DNA of 57,402 nucleotides, the filler included, from Sphacelaria rigidula (taxonomy: Eukaryota), in assembly GCA_964200075.2 (NCBI GenBank). It is 4 parts of 4 records of this genome, joined end to end, with 100 filler letters (N's around TTAATTAATTAA, not from the genome) between each part and the next. Parts side by side here need not be neighbours in the genome. Positions count along the whole stretch, not along the records: positions 14,378 to 28,653 come from CAXNAA020002341.1; positions 28,754 to 43,028 come from CAXNAA020002342.1; 2 more parts are not named here. The stretch is one strand, 5' to 3'. Shown here one piece after another: positions 23,266 to 35,559 of the stretch (positions within the stretch are counted from its first letter, which is position 1; each line of letters begins with the position of its first letter). Below the pieces are notes generated by a model. That model was not told the origin of the DNA and searched no databases. It worked only from the letters and a program-made list of their open reading frames with translations. The position numbers and the translations under genes are program-made.

Positions 23266-26200
23266 TTAAGTCCTCTTGACACCCGAAAAAGACGGCATGG
23301 TGAAAGTTGCGCCGCCGGCCTCGTCGGCGGTTCGTTTTCTGATGTTCGCTTGAGGACCGCTCGCCGACGATGCCTCCGCGACGTGCTCGGAGCAGTACTC
23401 TAGGGTTGCCCCTCCGCTGCCCTCCACCGTGTAGGTCGGCATCCTCCGGCAGTGCCACTGCGCGCATCTGTTTGTTTATTTTTTGTAATATTCAAACGGG
23501 TTAAGAACTAGGCTTGGGGATGGGATTCCAGATCTTAAGGTGAGCTCCAACTGTGGAGTCAAACGGGTTGTCACGAAAGCGTTCTCATACGTGCAAACAA
23601 ACAAGCAGGAGTCTCATGCAGATGGAGAAGCACGGGTCAGGACACCGTCACACCGTCACCTATGCGTGGGACCGCAAGTGTGTTCTGCGGGACTGCGACA
23701 AAACTCCACCGTGACCAAATCCACACCGATGACCGAGCCAAAATCACCCCGAAAAAGATCACCAAGCGCGAAGCGCCGTGGTGTGCTTGGCGAGTCACAT
23801 GAAGGGTGAGCTGCATTCTACCAACATTGTTCGGCCCGAAGCCTACTGATCATCTCGCATTTGGATGGCAGATGAGTGGCTTCATTTTCTGGTACCTCCA
23901 CCACCTGAGACAGCCACGGCGTATACACTGCCTCATGGGTGTCTCACCATTTAGACACTAGGAAAGAGGGGGGACTCATTTGCTGCTCGCCTTAGTGGTT
24001 TCACAATTGACCACGCATCCCGTTCGAGATGGAGCGCCGTTCTCATCCCTACTACAGACCTCTCCAACATGTGGGTACTCACTACGTTTCTTCCATACAC
24101 AACACAACAACCTTTTACATATCCTATCCCCTTCCTGCTTCGCTGTCTGTGGCCACAATCTGTCTCCTGGTATAGCCATCGCTTTCTCCCTACTCTCTAA
24201 TGCATCAGACGATTTCATGCCACGTCGTTTACTTCCCGCATTTCTCCCCCCAGCACGTCCCGCTCCTCCTTGTATATCTCGAGTACATGTTTTACCACCT
24301 TATGAGTTCTACACTAATGCTTTGCCACAGGAGTAATTCTGTGAATCTTCTTCTTCCTCCTCTCGACTACTGGTGTACTACCTCTCTCTCCTTTTTGGCA
24401 GGTCCAGATCCCCCACCCGAAATCGCGGTTTCATTTTTTTGCGAGTCCATTGGGCCATGCAGATGTGTTTTCATCTCAATCCCCAACCCCTTCTCCACCC
24501 CCCGTATATCTTCAGCTGCTCTTTCTGGTTAACTTTCCGTCTTAGCGCATGTTTCCTCTAATTTCCATGATATCTCTTCTGTCGTGTGCCCTCCGCATTC
24601 ACCTATCGACATCATCCCGTCTTGGTTTCCTCTTATGTCCTTCCATTCTTTCTCGACTACGCCACCCCCCTTGTTCCAGCTTTTGCCCTTTCATCATCTC
24701 CTTCCATACGGCCCTATCGACTGAGAGAGATGATTTGATCCCTCATGACCGCAGACTCGTTCGGAGGATTGGGAGGTGGTTCGAAGTACGGCCGAGAGAA
24801 AAATGTTTGGAAATTCATGCGCACGGCATTTCCTTTGGTCATCGTAATAAGTGATAAAAACAGCATACAGCATCAAGCGACGGACATCTTCTCGACGCCA
24901 CTAGGGCCACATGTAGGTTTTTATCTCAAAGGTTAGATTGCCGTCGAAGCTACAACCATGGCGAAGGTAAGGGTTTCGGCTACGGCTGTGCCTCCATGTA
25001 TAACGTACAGTACCCAAGAAACACCTGGCCAACAAATGATTGAAAGACGTGTACATTATCGGGGTCGCACTGCCGTCTCGCGCCTACCGAAACTTCCAAG
25101 GGCATGTCGGGTAGGGTACACCCGATACCCGGGTATTTTGAAAAGTCGTACTCTTAATACCCAATCATTTGGGTAGGGTGCTAAAATCGTTCCCAAGCTA
25201 CCCAATATTTGGGTAGAGCACTGGAGATCATACCCACACTACCCAAAATTTGAGTAGAATATCGAGGTCATACCCAAGTAATACTCTACACCCGGGTATT
25301 GCTAAGAGTACTTACCCAAAATTTGGGTCGAGTATGCGAGGTTGTACCCAATCTACCCCACATGTGGGTAGTAGTATTTCTACCCAAGCCTTGGGTAGAG
25401 CATTGAGTTCGTACGCAAGTGACACTATATACCCGGGTATAGCGGAGAGTACCTACCCGATTTTTGGGTAGAATGTTTGAGATTTTACCCAATGTACTCA
25501 ATCGTTGGGTAGGGTATATACCTGGGTATTTTACCCGAGTACTCAAGAGTACATACCCTACCCGACACGCCCTCGTAAACTTCTTCATCCTCGGCTTGTA
25601 GTGTACTACTGCAATTTTCTCGATGCTCGATCGCCACACTATCCATGAAATATGGCGTCCACCTGTCATGGAAACGCTGCCGTGATTTACGAAGGTGAAT
25701 AATGAAGAACATCCAATCGCCTGACGTAAAACTAGGGACAGGGCTGGGGTTTCGTACAGTTGGGTTGGCTCACCGTCTATTTTTCACCAGCACCATGCCC
25801 TCTCGCGCGTGAGCGTCGCAGTACACCGACACCTTGCTGGAGGGCTCTCCGTGTGTGGCATGCCTGTAGCAGCCCACCTTACCGTCGGAGTTACGTTCAG
25901 GATATATATTGGGGTTCACGGTTGATCTTAGTTCGGAGGTCGGACATTCGAGCCAAGAGGAAGGAAGAAAAGGGTAAGCAGTATGTGGATCCATGGGGTA
26001 CAGCGCTAGGATTTGGGGCTAGAGCAAACACCGGTTTCAACAAACGTGGAATGTGCGTCGCCGTTAAGGGCCTGGCTTTTCTCACCTCTGCGCATGCCTT
26101 CTTCGAGAGATTAATCATGCCTGCTGCAGCGTGCGCAGAGCAAAAACGCGGCTTTTTGGTGCCCTCCACCCCGTAGCTCGGCTGCCGTGCGCAATTCTCT

Positions 26201-26844
26201 GTCTCGCAACGCCTGCGTGCGATGCAATCATAGAGAGGCGATCAGATCAGTACGGTTCAATGGAGCATCTATACCAAGTACTCGTAAAACAGACCTCGAT
26301 ACGATGGAGGTGTGCAGTACATATATGTTCATGCGTCGGCGATGTGGAGTACAAGACAATGACACGGGAAATCAAAAGTGGGCCGGGGGCGGGTCAATAA
26401 GGCACGCTCATATTATTCCCGCCAAGGTACATGTCGACTCTACGGCAAGTATAGGTTAACATCAAGGAGTAGGTTGAAGTCACAGCGAGACGCGAAAAAG
26501 TTGGCGCACACGAAGCACCCACTCCATTCATTCACTTTGTACGAGGCATTGCAAGCGTTTCCGAGGCGAGCCTTGGTTTACACTGACTTGTTCTTGACAT
26601 CTTGCATTCCATCCAAAGCATGCTGAGCGCAGTGAGAGGGACGACCCCCAGGTATTCCGTAACTTGGCCTCTTGTTGCAGCCTTCCGTGTCACACACGCG
26701 ATGTTTCACGTTCACCATGCCCTCGGTGGCGTGCTGCGAGCAGTACACCGACCCTTGGCCAGGTAATCCGAATCCAGGCCGCCTGGAGAGTCGAGCGTCG
26801 GCTTGGGTGCGTTAGTTTAATTCCTTACACACGGTGAAGACAAG

Positions 26845-26876
<32 letters not shown>

Positions 26877-27835
26877 CCGCATTGGCGCAATGACACAAAT
26901 AACAAAGAACTTCACATCTTCCGCGCTCAGCGCTGCGAGCTCACTCATCGACGTTGTTGTCATGTCCTGCCCTTCACTTTCCCTCGTGCTTATTAATAGT
27001 GGTCAAGTCGACAACATCAGCGCGTCTGAAGGATCTGCAGTCACAATTTGGAAATGATTTTAGTCCCACAGAGTGAAAACCACCGACACATCTGCACTAG
27101 ATCCCTGCTACATATGCACAACACTGCACAAAATAGTAGCTTTACACTAACACACTCCGCCGGAAGTCTCAAGGTTATGTTCTGTACCTTTTGTAGGGTG
27201 TACCCGGAAGTGTGGGATTTTTGGTTGGCATACTATCACCAAGCCATACCGCAATGTTCGGTACACTTTCTCGTATGTTCCGGCTGGGTTTCGACCCCTG
27301 TTCTGAACGCTTCGATATGATTCGGAAGGGAATTCACCGATAAAGTTCCTCCTTGTTACCTCTACCTTACCCGAATTGCAGCCGGCTCACCCTACATAAC
27401 ACAATCTCGAAAACTTCTACAGACTGACCTGAGGTGGAGGTACTTCAGCAGCGTGCCGTTTCTCGGTGCTATCAATATCAAGAAAATGCGGCATTAACAT
27501 TTCTTTCACGAGATGAATAGTTGAACAAAACGCATAACGCGAAACAAACCAACACAAGAGCACAAAAAAACAGCCCTCACCTTGCGCAGCCTTCGGTAGC
27601 GCACCGTTTCCCCCGAATGCTCACGTAGTCCCCGGGAGCGTGCTTGGCGCAAAACAGAGCAGTTTTGACCCCAACCGGCGCGTAGCTCGGCTCCGTAGAG
27701 CACCCAGTTTCAGAGCACTTCCTACTGGCCACATTCATCATGGTTTCTGGGTCCATATGCAGCGAGCAGAAAAGGGCCTTCTTGGTCCCCCTGGGACCGA
27801 AGCTCGGCTGCTTGTCGCAATCTGGATCGATACAC
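23266..27835 (-). CDS. 5'-partial EsV-1-7 cysteine-rich repeat protein (7 visible repeats); exons 27835-27581, 26782-26588, 26212-26086, 25877-25774, 23467-23266
   Basis: GT-AG introns with consistent phases (2,2,0,2). Repeats C-x4-C-x3-(P)-x-(F/Y)-G...C-x2-H...M-x-N-V, e.g. CIDPDCDKQPSFGPRGTKKALFCSLHMDPETMMNV, CDTEGCNKRPSYGIPGGRPSHCAQH, CETENCARQPSYGVEGTKKPRFCSAH. TAA at 23268-23266. Confidence 0.9.
23760..23960 (-). mobile_element. Short interspersed element family 'S', partial copy lacking its tail
   Basis: AAGCGCGAAGCGCCGTG...GGCGAGTCACATGAAGGGTGAGCTGCATTCT...GGGTGTCTCACCAT recurs at ~31360, ~37220 and (inverted) ~40260. Confidence 0.75.
23965..24720 (-). mobile_element. 5'-truncated, degenerate LINE 3' fragment (family 'L') in the last intron of the EsV-1-7 gene
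   Basis: Reverse complement matches 54130-55365; encodes the remnant ...PGDRLWPQTAKQEGDRICKR...GCVVNCETTKASSK. Confidence 0.8.
25097..25575. mobile_element. hAT-like MITE, 479 bp, with ~22-bp TIRs and an 8-bp TSD
   Basis: CAAGGGCATGTCGGGTAGGGTA ... TACCCTACCCGACACGCCCTCG. Flanks GAAACTTC (25089-25096) and TAAACTTC (25576-25583). Interior rich in ACCCAA/TTGGGT and ACCCGGGT units. Confidence 0.8.
26845..26877 (+). repeat. (AAC)11 microsatellite, intronic
   Basis: Directly visible. Confidence 0.95.
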
Positions 27836-28319
27836 CTGCACACATTGTATACCCATCATGCAATACTGTTTGTATTATGCGAATCATGCGATATTGTGAT
27901 AGTCCCAAGTTTATGCAATCCTCTTCCAAGCGCGGGTATCCCCGTCCGCGAGGTCAAGGGTCCTTCCAAATAACCCTAACCCTAACGCTAAACCTAATCG
28001 CAAGCGAGGACAGGATCACCGATACCATCTTCGGTAATGTTGCAGTCTCCGGGAGTGGTGCCAACTTTTCGACAAAGCTTCTCTCTGTGACAAAGTCATC
28101 ACACCCATCGGGTGGCCGGATTCAATTTATATATCGAAGAAGAAACTACATGGCGCAGGATACGACGCAAGCGCAGTCCACCAACACACGTTTTCCCATC
28201 CGTTAACTGATGATACGCATTCCAGCTCATGCTGATATCTTGCGCATTCCCGTGGGGACCCTTTGTACTCAATTTTTTTCCATTACAACAATTAGTGACT
28301 AGCCACAACAGAAACATTG

Positions 28320-28583
28320 ACACGTGGGACAGCTCATGATCTATTACACCTGAAATAACGAACCGAAGAGAACTCTCAGATGAATTGTACAAAAACAAAA
28401 AACACATGACACCAGTGTCCGAGAAGCCAAAACGTTACCTTCCCGCTACACGGCATGCTCGGCGTCCATTGCTGTCGGGAGGTGATACGAAAATAGTGGC
28501 CAAATGAGCTAGCTCATGATCCGGATCAGTAGTCTAATAACAAGTAATACCCAGGTAGCTAGCTCATGAGCTGTCCGACGTGT
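28320..28583. mobile_element. Small foldback/MITE-like element with 20-bp inverted repeats
   Basis: ACACGTGGGACAGCTCATGA (28320-28339) versus TCATGAGCTGTCCGACGTGT (28564-28583), 19/20 complementary; no clear TSD. Confidence 0.55.
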
Positions 28584-28589
28584 GGAAAT

Positions 28590-28653
28590 ATTTCAAGGGT
28601 CGGACAAATAATGATTCGTCTGGAAATTACTTGGTTTTAGTGTGAGTGATTCG
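28590..28653 (+). repeat. Terminus of a dispersed element running off the contig end
   Basis: CAAGGGTCGGACAAATAATGATTCGTCTGGAAATTACTTGGTTTTAGT is the reverse complement of 14450-14510. Confidence 0.75.
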
Positions 28654-28753
28654 NNNNNNNNNNNNNNNNNNNNNNNNNNNNNNNNNNNNNNNNNNNNTTA
28701 ATTAATTAANNNNNNNNNNNNNNNNNNNNNNNNNNNNNNNNNNNNNNNNNNNN
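28654..28753. other. Artificial contig linker
   Basis: N44-TTAATTAATTAA-N44. Confidence 0.98.
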
Positions 28754-29350
28754 CCTTTCCGCGCCGTTTTCTTCATGTCTGTTTTTTTCCCCCGCTGGTT
28801 TCGGGACCCGAGCCCCGTTTGCCACTCCCCCCCCCCCCCCCCCCCCCCCCCTCCCACACACACACACACACACAAAAAAACCCCGAAAAGCGCCTGGTCT
28901 GGGGAAGCAAATTATTCACGTATATCGAAACGTAGAAAGCCGAGCATAACGAGCAGCTAGGAATTCCCACGCATGGGTTCGTTTTCGCCAATGTCGCTTA
29001 TAGGAGGCGCTTCATGTAGCCTGAACCCAAACATCAGGCGCTGCATGACCATTTTTTCCGTGACACTTTTGGGCTGTTTTGTTGGGGGGTGGAGCGAGTT
29101 TTAGGGGTCCAGAACGTTTCGGCATATGTATAGGGTGGAGCGAGTAGAAAGCGGTGATTTTTTGCGACACGCGTTCGCAGACGCTGATATAACACCGAAG
29201 TCCACGCTCGTAGCCGCTATTGTGATCGATATCGCGAAAATCTTGTTCGCCCCCCTTCCCCTCAGTTTTTGTTCTTATTGCCGTGACTTCAACACCTGCC
29301 CGAACACGAAATGACTTCATCCGTTCACCATGTACATATCCGTCATCAAG

Positions 29351-32300
29351 AGTCAAGAGTCAATTCCTCGCGTATTCCCTCGTGCCCATGGATGCTTCGC
29401 CAGGCATCAGCCCTATCCTCCCCACCAACTGGTATACCACTGGCACGATCAATGCTCTGTGGCTGGAATATAACCTCGGCATGTGGAACGGTGACGACCT
29501 GCTGCGCACGTCACAAGACCACAAGGACGAGATGTTCTGGCAGTCACACACCTTCTCGCACTTGGCCAGGGACAACCTCGGGGTGAACGACTGCAGCATG
29601 GAGGACGGCGGTAAGCCTTTTAGGTTGGGCGCTTGCTCTACTCCATCCTGTTGTTTCACACCGCGTTCGATTAGAATTAATTTTAAAAAGAGCTTTCAAT
29701 AATGAGAATTCCGCCAAGAACCTAACGCCGAGGTCTGCTTTTGAGTGGCTGGTGGAGAGGGAATGCATCCATGAGAACTGTGCTGGTCTTGTGTGAAATA
29801 AAACGATCTAGTCAGTGGTTTATTCAATCCCGCACGATAGAGTCACTTTCTTCTTCTGTCGTGAGGATGTATATCGCGATCACGCACTGAACTGAAAAAC
29901 AATATATATTTTGCACCAATGTCTCTTGCTGTCACACTGACAACAAGCGTACCCATGTCGGGATTGAATACAGAACACTTCCTCGTTGAGGATTTATTTT
30001 TCTCATGTAAATTTGTTGTCCTTCTGAGCACGTAGGATCGATCGTTTCTTCTCTTCCGCAGCATTTTGATACGCACACATTTCCCGTGTCGCCTCATCAC
30101 GCTCAATGCCCCCGTTATCGTAACGTATTGGTGTGCAGCCAACTCTCAGATAGCCGACATCATCGGTCTCTTCGACGCGGACACCTATAGCTGGGCCTCT
30201 CAGACAACTCCCGGAATCACAGGACTGTTCAACAAATACTGCCTGCAGTCGGCGGCGGACAACAAAATCACCTGCGCCCCCGGAGACAACACATACGACG
30301 GCGTTCAGGTTCCCGTTAGCTTGGTGTCCGCGGTCAGTCAGTTCCACTCAACATACCAAGATGACGTAGGTGAGAAGACGCATGTACGTACTCCCACCCC
30401 GCGCGCCCCCCTCCCCGCCCCCGCCCCCGCCTCCGAGTACTGTCTAGCCGTCACATGAGAGAACACTAGAGTGCGTGCGAATGTGTTTCTACTAGCACCC
30501 TTTTTGTCGAAATCTTCAGTGCTGCAGGCGACAAAAGGTCTGTCGCTGGACAGGTGATGCGACGACCACTCTATGGATTGACGCACGTTTCACCTTCAGT
30601 TACACCGTGACCGTTGACGTCATTGTGCCTGAACAACATCGTCACCCCGGTGCGTTTCCAGAAATGGGTGAAGCCGCATTTTCTCCCGACGGGGTGAGCG
30701 TTGGCGTCCATATATATGGATCTGGATCTGGGACTGAGTCTGGAGATAAATTCGTGACCCGAGGTTTTTTTTGGTTGTAGACATTGTAGCGCGTTCTAAA
30801 CTGATAATCCACGGGGGTTTGCATGTGTTGGTTGCTATTCGCACGCGCGCGAGTCGCCAAGGGTCGGGCGTTGAGCGGAGCTACGTCATCGTCTGCGTCG
30901 TTCGATTTATATCTTGCTACCATGCTCTGCGTGTACGTTATTCGATTGACAGTTGTACACAGGCACACACAGGGCCGATAAGTTTTTGCCTCGTCCTGTT
31001 TGCTGATAACCTCTCCTCGAGATCCTTGAATGCATGTAGCCCCCGCTCTCCCTGTCCCTTTCGTCCGCGACCTGTTCTCGGTGTTGTGATGGCAAAAAAA
31101 ATCGCCTTTGGAAAGGTTTTCCCGACTTCCAGGTCGTGCCGCGATTTGCATCGTACGTCTACTTCAACTGCGTCAACACTGATGTGAGGGCTGCCCACCA
31201 TCCAAGGGATTCGTGGTGGGAAAGGGAGGGGAGGAGGGGGGGAAGAGTGTACTCATGGTATTGCATTCCGTAGTAATTAGACCATTGACCTTGCATCCTT
31301 ACAGAAGTGGGACGGAGCATGCAGGGTTTTCGCCCGACCAGGCTCACAATCAATCACCCAGCGCGAAGCGCCGTGACGTGGTCGGCGAGTCGCATGAAGG
31401 GTGAGCTGCATTCTGCTACGACTGTTGGGGCTGAGACGTACTGATTATCTTACATGTTGATGACAGACCCCAATGGGTTGCTTTATTCTCTGGTATCGCC
31501 ACTTTTAGACGCGGGTTGCACTGCCTTATGGGTGTCTCACCATGGGGGGGGAGGGGTAGAGGGAGGGGGGAGGCGGGAGCGTACTCATTTGTTGCTTGCT
31601 TTAGTCGTTTGACCATTGACCACGCGTCCCTTTCGAGATGTAGCACCCTTCCTACTAGAGGGGGGGCAAGGATAACCTACACTACAATACATAGTAAGGA
31701 CGAGTACATACATGACTCTCTTTGTGCGACTGTGTCATGCATGAGAACGCTGTTTGCTGGGGTCAATACCGTCAAAATATCTTGGAGACGAATATACCAG
31801 TTGTCGGCTAACAAAAAAACGCATGCAGTGCTGAAACATCAACCACGAAACGTCAACATCCTGACTCATGCGATAGTTAGCGCAAACTCTTGAGTATCTT
31901 CGTTTCGGCTGGTCATTCGAATATTTGAAATGACATTTTGGCGGTATCTTGCATTTTGTGCAACACTGTACGGCACTGCTACTATACTGCACACCACGTG
32001 CTAAATGCATGAACTCCATGGTGAAAGCCTACGAACATGGATTTGTAGCGGATCAGAGAATGTGCGACAATCCCACTATTAATCACTGCCGTCGCTGCTA
32101 CTTGTCCCGCACAAGGTTGCTACCTCCAAAAAACAGTCATATAGTAGGGTCAGGTATGAGGTGTGGGTAACTGGTGGCATCTATACATCAGATGCATCGA
32201 TCAGGCAGCAGTCGCATGAACGCATTTCTGGGTGGAGCAAGTGATTCTGCTTGTTCGCTCTCCGTGTGCGTTGTGCCTACTCGCTGGCCTAACCTCTTTT

Positions 32301-34619
32301 GAGGGTGAGAGTTGACGCTGGTGATTTCCTGCAGTATTGCCGTCCTGTGCTGAAGTGAAGTGATGAAACCAAAAACGCATTTGACTGGCAACCAATTTCC
32401 TCCTATTCGCGATTCCTCTCTCCACCGCGAGTGAGGTCGGGTAACGGTCGGTAGCGTCGGTTCACACGCATTCTTGACTCGTAGTACTACTATATGGCGG
32501 TTACCCATGTCATGGGTCATATCGACAAACGACCACCGTCGAACGAGCTTTTTTGGTTTTAGCGAGCCGCGGTTACCCAAAGGGTTGATGCTCTTGACGC
32601 CCGAATCAACTTTTAATATCTTGTATTGTGAGTAGATATCATCAGGCTGAGTGTTCTGTTTTTCCATCGTTTTTTTTTGTTTTTTTTGTTTCAGGTCGGC
32701 CATTTCTTTCTGTGCTTCGCCTATGTTGACCTTTTTTATTATTTTTTTGTTTCGACTTGGTCGGCTATGTCGTTCTGTTCGACTTTTTTTTCTGTTCCTT
32801 CTTCTCTTCAGCGAGTGTTTCAGTGTTGTTTTTCTTGGGTTAGTCCATCACGAGATCACGGCTGCACCCCTCAGGGGTCAGTTAAAGTACGACAATCAAA
32901 ATCATCATCATCATCATCATCATCATTGTCATTGTCATCATCATCAGCATCATTCATCATGTGTATGCGAACACATGTCAAGTATGCGTCCTGGTTATGA
33001 TGAGTACACATGCAAGACACAGGCATACGCTGGTAAAGGTTACGCTGACAAATAAAAGAACGCGTTTCAAAAACTCTCCATCACCGTACCACCCTACTTG
33101 AGTCTGCCACCATCCAAACCCTCCCGGGTCTTGCAAAAGTGCGACCCGAACAACCGCACATGTGTTAACCCTTTTGGAACTCACAACGAAAAATTCATCA
33201 TTTGCAATTGACGGTTTTTGAGCAAGATATAGTTGATGGTTCACAGCTCAGACGCAACAACATTCACCAGAAATGCGTATTTTTTTGACCCGTGCTAGTG
33301 ACAAGTGAAACGAAAGGAGGTTTCCTATTCACCGATGTGCCGTATCAGACCCTGGAACCCATTGCTGTTTTTTTAATGGAACGTTCTATAGTGTTTTTGC
33401 TGATTATTTTGGATGGATATAATTGGACACACTTCATCCGTTGCGTGGAATAATTGGACAAACCTCACCCGACCTCTCCAGAGAGGACATTTTTTCTGCA
33501 CCCGCCGCATGTGCTACTGGATTCTTCTTCGGTCTTCCATTGTCAAATGGTTGCCGTTGGCCTTTTCTGCTTCCATCTTTTCGTCTTTGTCAAGGCTTCT
33601 CATAATGAGGCGTTTGGCCCGGGGACAGGAGGGGAGGGTTCCAAAAGGGTTAAAAACCGTCTGTGACTATTTCCTTGTAACCTCGCCACCATGAAGGACT
33701 CGAACGAACGACGTGTTGAACATGCCACCTTCGTCCTACCTCGGAAACCTTAGTCCATCCTCACGCTTAGAACGCCCCTCAGGTACTGCTACCCAAATGT
33801 TCTGTCGAACAGCCATGCAGCTCAACCGTAACCTCCCAATAGGCGAATGGCTTCATTCCGATCTTGGCCCCAAATGTCGTTGACTTTATGCACGGGACGC
33901 TCAATCTAATCTCGCACTCCCTCCTCCCCCCCTCCCCTTTTCCGCTTGTTCGTTTGTCGATGACACGCTCCATCATCAGTGTCTTATCTTAGAGAATCTG
34001 TACATCCGTCGGGTGACGTGTAAGTGCGACAACCTCGATCCTGGAGATATCGACAACCTCAACACCGACACCTCGGTGAGCCTTTACCAGCACAGTAAAC
34101 GATGACGAAGGGGGGGGAAAGCTAGCCAATACTCTTAGAGCTGTCGGGTTGTGCTACAGTCAGTGAAGACCTCCGCGGTACACATACATCGCGGCAGCGG
34201 GTCCACGCGCGTTGTGTCGACTACGTAGCGGCCTCGATCGTTTGAGCTTCGAAGTGGTACGGGTGGCGAAGTTGGTGTACTTCCGGTGGCAGTCCGATCG
34301 ATGGACCAAAGCCGACGGTACCTGGTCCACGTGCCGGACGCGGTACCATACCAGCTGCAGTGATCGTCATCTATAAAGTACAGTCGACTACGACTGTGGA
34401 GTAATTCGTGCAGCAGGCACAATCCCAAAGCCAAGCATTGGTCATGCGGTATTATCCCGTTGCTACGGCGTGTGTATTTCTCCTCTACCTGCCTCTTCTC
34501 CCACAGGACTGTCGGATGGACACGGCATGCCCGCTGGGCCTACAGGCCTTGTTGACCGTGGACAGAATTTTCGAGACAGAGGCCAGCACCACGGTTCGCT
34601 GGCTCTTGACCGGTCGCAG
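29351..34619 (+). CDS. Internal exons of an Agd3-like (CAZy CE18-type) polysaccharide deacetylase; exons 29351-29610, 30139-30369, 31116-31183, 33980-34075, 34507-34619; partial at both ends
   Basis: GT-AG introns with consistent phases (1,1,0,0). Spliced product contains FWQSHTFSHLARDN, TTPGITGLFNKYCLQSAADNKITCAPGDNT, GFPDFQVVPRFASYVYFNCVNTDCLILEN and IFETEASTTVRWLLTGR. This is colinear with Agd3 motifs as I recall them (SHTFTH, PPAITGLHN...DNGI...VGDNT, PRWATRIYYNC). The first acceptor could alternatively give a start at 29358. Confidence 0.8.
31245..31545 (-). mobile_element. Family 'S' short element, near full length, intronic
   Basis: Sense strand runs ATGGTGAGACACCC ... AAGGATGCAAGGTCAATGGTCTAATTAC ... 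ATGAGTACAC into a C-rich tract. Confidence 0.75.
31575..31660 (-). mobile_element. Short 3' tail fragment of LINE family 'L'
   Basis: Reverse complement TCTCGAAAGGGACGCGTGGTCAATGGTCAAACGACTAAAGCAAGCAACAAATGAGTACGC matches 55305-55365; G tracts on both sides. Confidence 0.8.
32901..32960 (+). repeat. (ATC)n microsatellite, possibly the tail of a retroposed element spanning ~32430-32960
   Basis: The repeat is directly visible; the tail interpretation is inference. Confidence 0.85.
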
Positions 34620-35559
34620 GTGAATCAACGCTTTTAACGTTCACAAATCTCGGTATTTGCAAACAGGCAGTTCAAAGTTCGAGTGCCGGAAGATACGGAT
34701 TATTTCCGAGAGGTCGATGATTTTCGTGGTTAAAAACATAAGGGCAAAGTTATTGTTTCAATAATTATTGTAAATATATCCTTGAAAGCCGCACGGGACC
34801 TGGGGCTGCGCCCCGGTCCCGTCCGTCTTTTTCGAGGGTCTCGGTATTCTTGCCTTGCCAAGCTCTCGTGAGAATATATCCTCCTTCACAATGTTCATGC
34901 CCGCCGGGAGATTGCAGGACCACCGCGATCGCGCCTCCGTTCGAACGGTCGCGAACGTATGTGTGCCTCCGCACAAAGCAAAGCACGAATCCGCTAGCCG
35001 GGCCCTTAGCATTGGCATTGCCCCGAACAGTCATCTCCCGGGGCGGGTGCGGAGGAACTTGCATACTAAAATCAGCAATTAATCTCGTGGACGCCTTGTT
35101 ACAAAGTATGCTCCACGCTCGTGAGTTCGAAATATTCTATATATATATATACTATTTCACATTAGCCCGATCTCTCGAATCCAGTCACAAACGCAGGCTC
35201 GTCATTCCAGTACTGTTACCGTGATTCCTCACGTGAGATAACTGCTTCTTCTGACACTCTAACATAAAGCAAATTAGTATCAAATGAAACAATAAGAAAA
35301 AAGTGTCAAGAAAGCAGACGAGAAAAAACTTAACTCCCCCCGAGTTGGTCAGGGTGCGGGGAAAAACAAACTCATCAAATCCGCCAATGAAGTAAGCACA
35401 GGAGAAAAGAAAAAACAGACAAGAAGAAAGAGGACCGACAATGAGAAGCACACGAAAATCAAATAGCAGCCCCAGGTACCCTAAAAGAAAGAAAAAAAAA
35501 GTCTTGGGAAGTTCTTGGGAAGACAGCAGACGCACTCGCGAGTGTACTACGCGACGGTC

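Noticed and set aside
23266-27835. Endogenous phaeovirus insertion
   Set aside because: The EsV-1-7 gene has spliceosomal introns, and no viral core genes are recognisable nearby.
14450-28647. Inverted repeats at both ends of contig 2, suggesting a 14-kb gene-carrying transposon
   Set aside because: The apparent element termini (CAAGGG...) are on the inner side and the repeats run outward off the contig. This fits an assembly breaking inside two copies of an abundant repeat.
16248-34619. Functional cluster of acyltransferase, EsV-1-7 protein and deacetylase
   Set aside because: The deacetylase is on a different contig; the adjacency is an artefact of size sorting.
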